Below are positions 62,433-64,000 of a stretch of 64,000 bases of DNA, in pieces. The notes beneath the pieces were generated by a model. The model had not been told where the DNA came from, made no database searches, and was given only the letters and a program-made list of their open reading frames with translations. The translations under genes were made by a program, and so were the position numbers. Position 1 is the first letter of the stretch, and each line of letters starts with the position of its first letter. Origin of the DNA: Octopus vulgaris (Eukaryota); contig OX597835.1 in the NCBI GenBank assembly GCA_951406725.2, positions 22,630,001 to 22,694,000 of the forward strand, read 5' to 3'.

Positions 62433-63399
62433 GGTGCTCAGAATTATTTCAAGGTTCAGTCCTTGTACAGAGACAGCCAGGGTTTCTTCTATGGCGCCTA
62501 GTCGTTAGCTGACCACTCGTGTGCTGTATTGGTCAGTTGAATCAGTGGTGGCCTGATGCTTCACACAACCATCACCACGATAACCACTACTAGTAATCAT
62601 CATCATTATCATACGTCTGTTTTTCCATGCTGGCATGGGTTGGATGGTTTGACAGGAGCTGGCAAGGCCGGAGAGCTGCGCCAGGCTCCAATTGTCTGTT
62701 TTGGCATGGTTTTTGCAGCTGGATGCCTTTCTCCGACACCAACCACTTTGCAGAGTGTGCCGGGTGCTTTTGTATGTGGCACTGGCACAGGTGGTCATAT
62801 GTGGCACTTGCACAAGTTGCTTATCATGAGGCACTGGCATGAGTGCATTTTACTAACATTACTGCTATCACAACCACCACCACCACCACTACTTCTACTA
62901 CAATCATTACTATCACCACCACCACGACTATTATTAATACTAATATTACTATTGCTACTACCACCACAACCATTCATCAGCAACACCTATTTCTTTACTA
63001 CCCACAAGGGGCTAAATACAGAAGGGACAAACAAGGACAGGCAAACGGATTAAGTTGATTATATCGACCCCAGTGCGTAACTGGTACTTTATTTATCGAC
63101 CATGAAAGGATGAAAGGCAAAGTCGTCCTCGGCGGAATTTGAACTCAGAACGTAGCAGCAGACGAAATACCGCTCAGCATTTCACCCGGCATGCTAACGT
63201 TTCTGCCAGCTCGCCGCCTATCACCACCACTACTATTATTAATACTAATATTACTATTGCTACTACCACCACAACCGTTCATCAGCAACACCATCACCAC
63301 TTCCACCATGCACTCCTACACATCACCACCACCACCATCATCATTATGTAACATTGATATATATATATAAATATGTCTGTCTGTGTGTCTCTTTTCCAG

Positions 63400-63527
63400 T
63401 TTACTTGGTACCGAAGGAGAATGTCTGTCAGGTCCCAGTCATGAAATGAACTCACAACCTGGTACTTACTCCCTGTTTAGTTCCTCACCTTGGTCAGTCC
63501 ATATCACTGCTGCCGGAGATTCTAAGA
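63400..63527 (+). CDS. SMG7: SMG7 exon: SLLGTEGECLSGPSHEMNSQPGTYSLFSSSPWSVHITAAGDSK (gene continues past the window)
   Basis: ttccag/gtaagt; YSLF...PWS resembles human SLYSLFEGTPWS. Confidence 0.87.
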
Positions 63528-64000
63528 GTAAGTACAAAACACACACACACACACACACATGGTATTGCCTGATGGACAGGGGTAAGATGTCTGATAGGCA
63601 AGGCAGGTGGGCCATTATTGGAGAGGGAAAGTTATTACTTTCCAAATATGTGAAAATGCATGGCCTTAGTGGTTAGGGCGTTGCACTTACAATCATGATA
63701 TCGTGGGTTCATTTCCCAGACTGGGCAGTGCGATGGGTTTTTAAGCAAAACACTTCATTTCACACTGCTCCTGTTCACTCTGCGGGCAAAAATGGGTAAT
63801 TCTGCGACAGATTGTACTCCTGGTCAGAGGGAGTGTTGGCCTGCTTGCCTGGCCAAGAGGGTGGCATCATTTGAAAGCTTAAAAAAAAAACATGTAAAGC
63901 GCATTGTGACCAGCAATGTACAACATCTAATAAACAATGTAAAGCACATTGTGACCAGCAATGTATAACATTTCATAAACAATGTAAAGCGCATTGTGAC

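Overview
Repeat-rich, AT-rich animal genomic DNA; the SINE families, (TA)n/(CAT)n microsatellites and RTE/CR1 remnants point to an octopus (inference). The window holds most of one + strand spliced gene, SMG7 (nonsense-mediated decay factor). I traced 20 GT-AG exons between 8082 and 63527. They join in phase into one open frame of 3180 nt (about 1060 codons): an N-terminal 14-3-3-like/TPR (EST1) domain, a helical domain and a long Pro/Gln-rich C-terminal region. I did not find the first coding exon(s) or the stop codon in the window. Introns contain three SINE-type families, RTE and CR1-type LINE remnants, piggyBac-, hAT- and mariner-like MITEs, a Helitron-like element and satellites. The most notable signals are three. 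(1) At least eight loci carry type-I hammerhead ribozyme motifs, several inside inverted repeats or next to (TA)n tracts. One is a 158-bp near-perfect palindrome with a hammerhead on each strand. (2) A candidate 220-nt upstream SMG7 exon could be an NMD poison exon or a uORF-controlled alternative start exon. (3) Inverted repeat pairs could drive dsRNA editing or back-splicing. Most other ORFs in the supplied track are repeat artefacts. All calls were made by eye, with no database searches.
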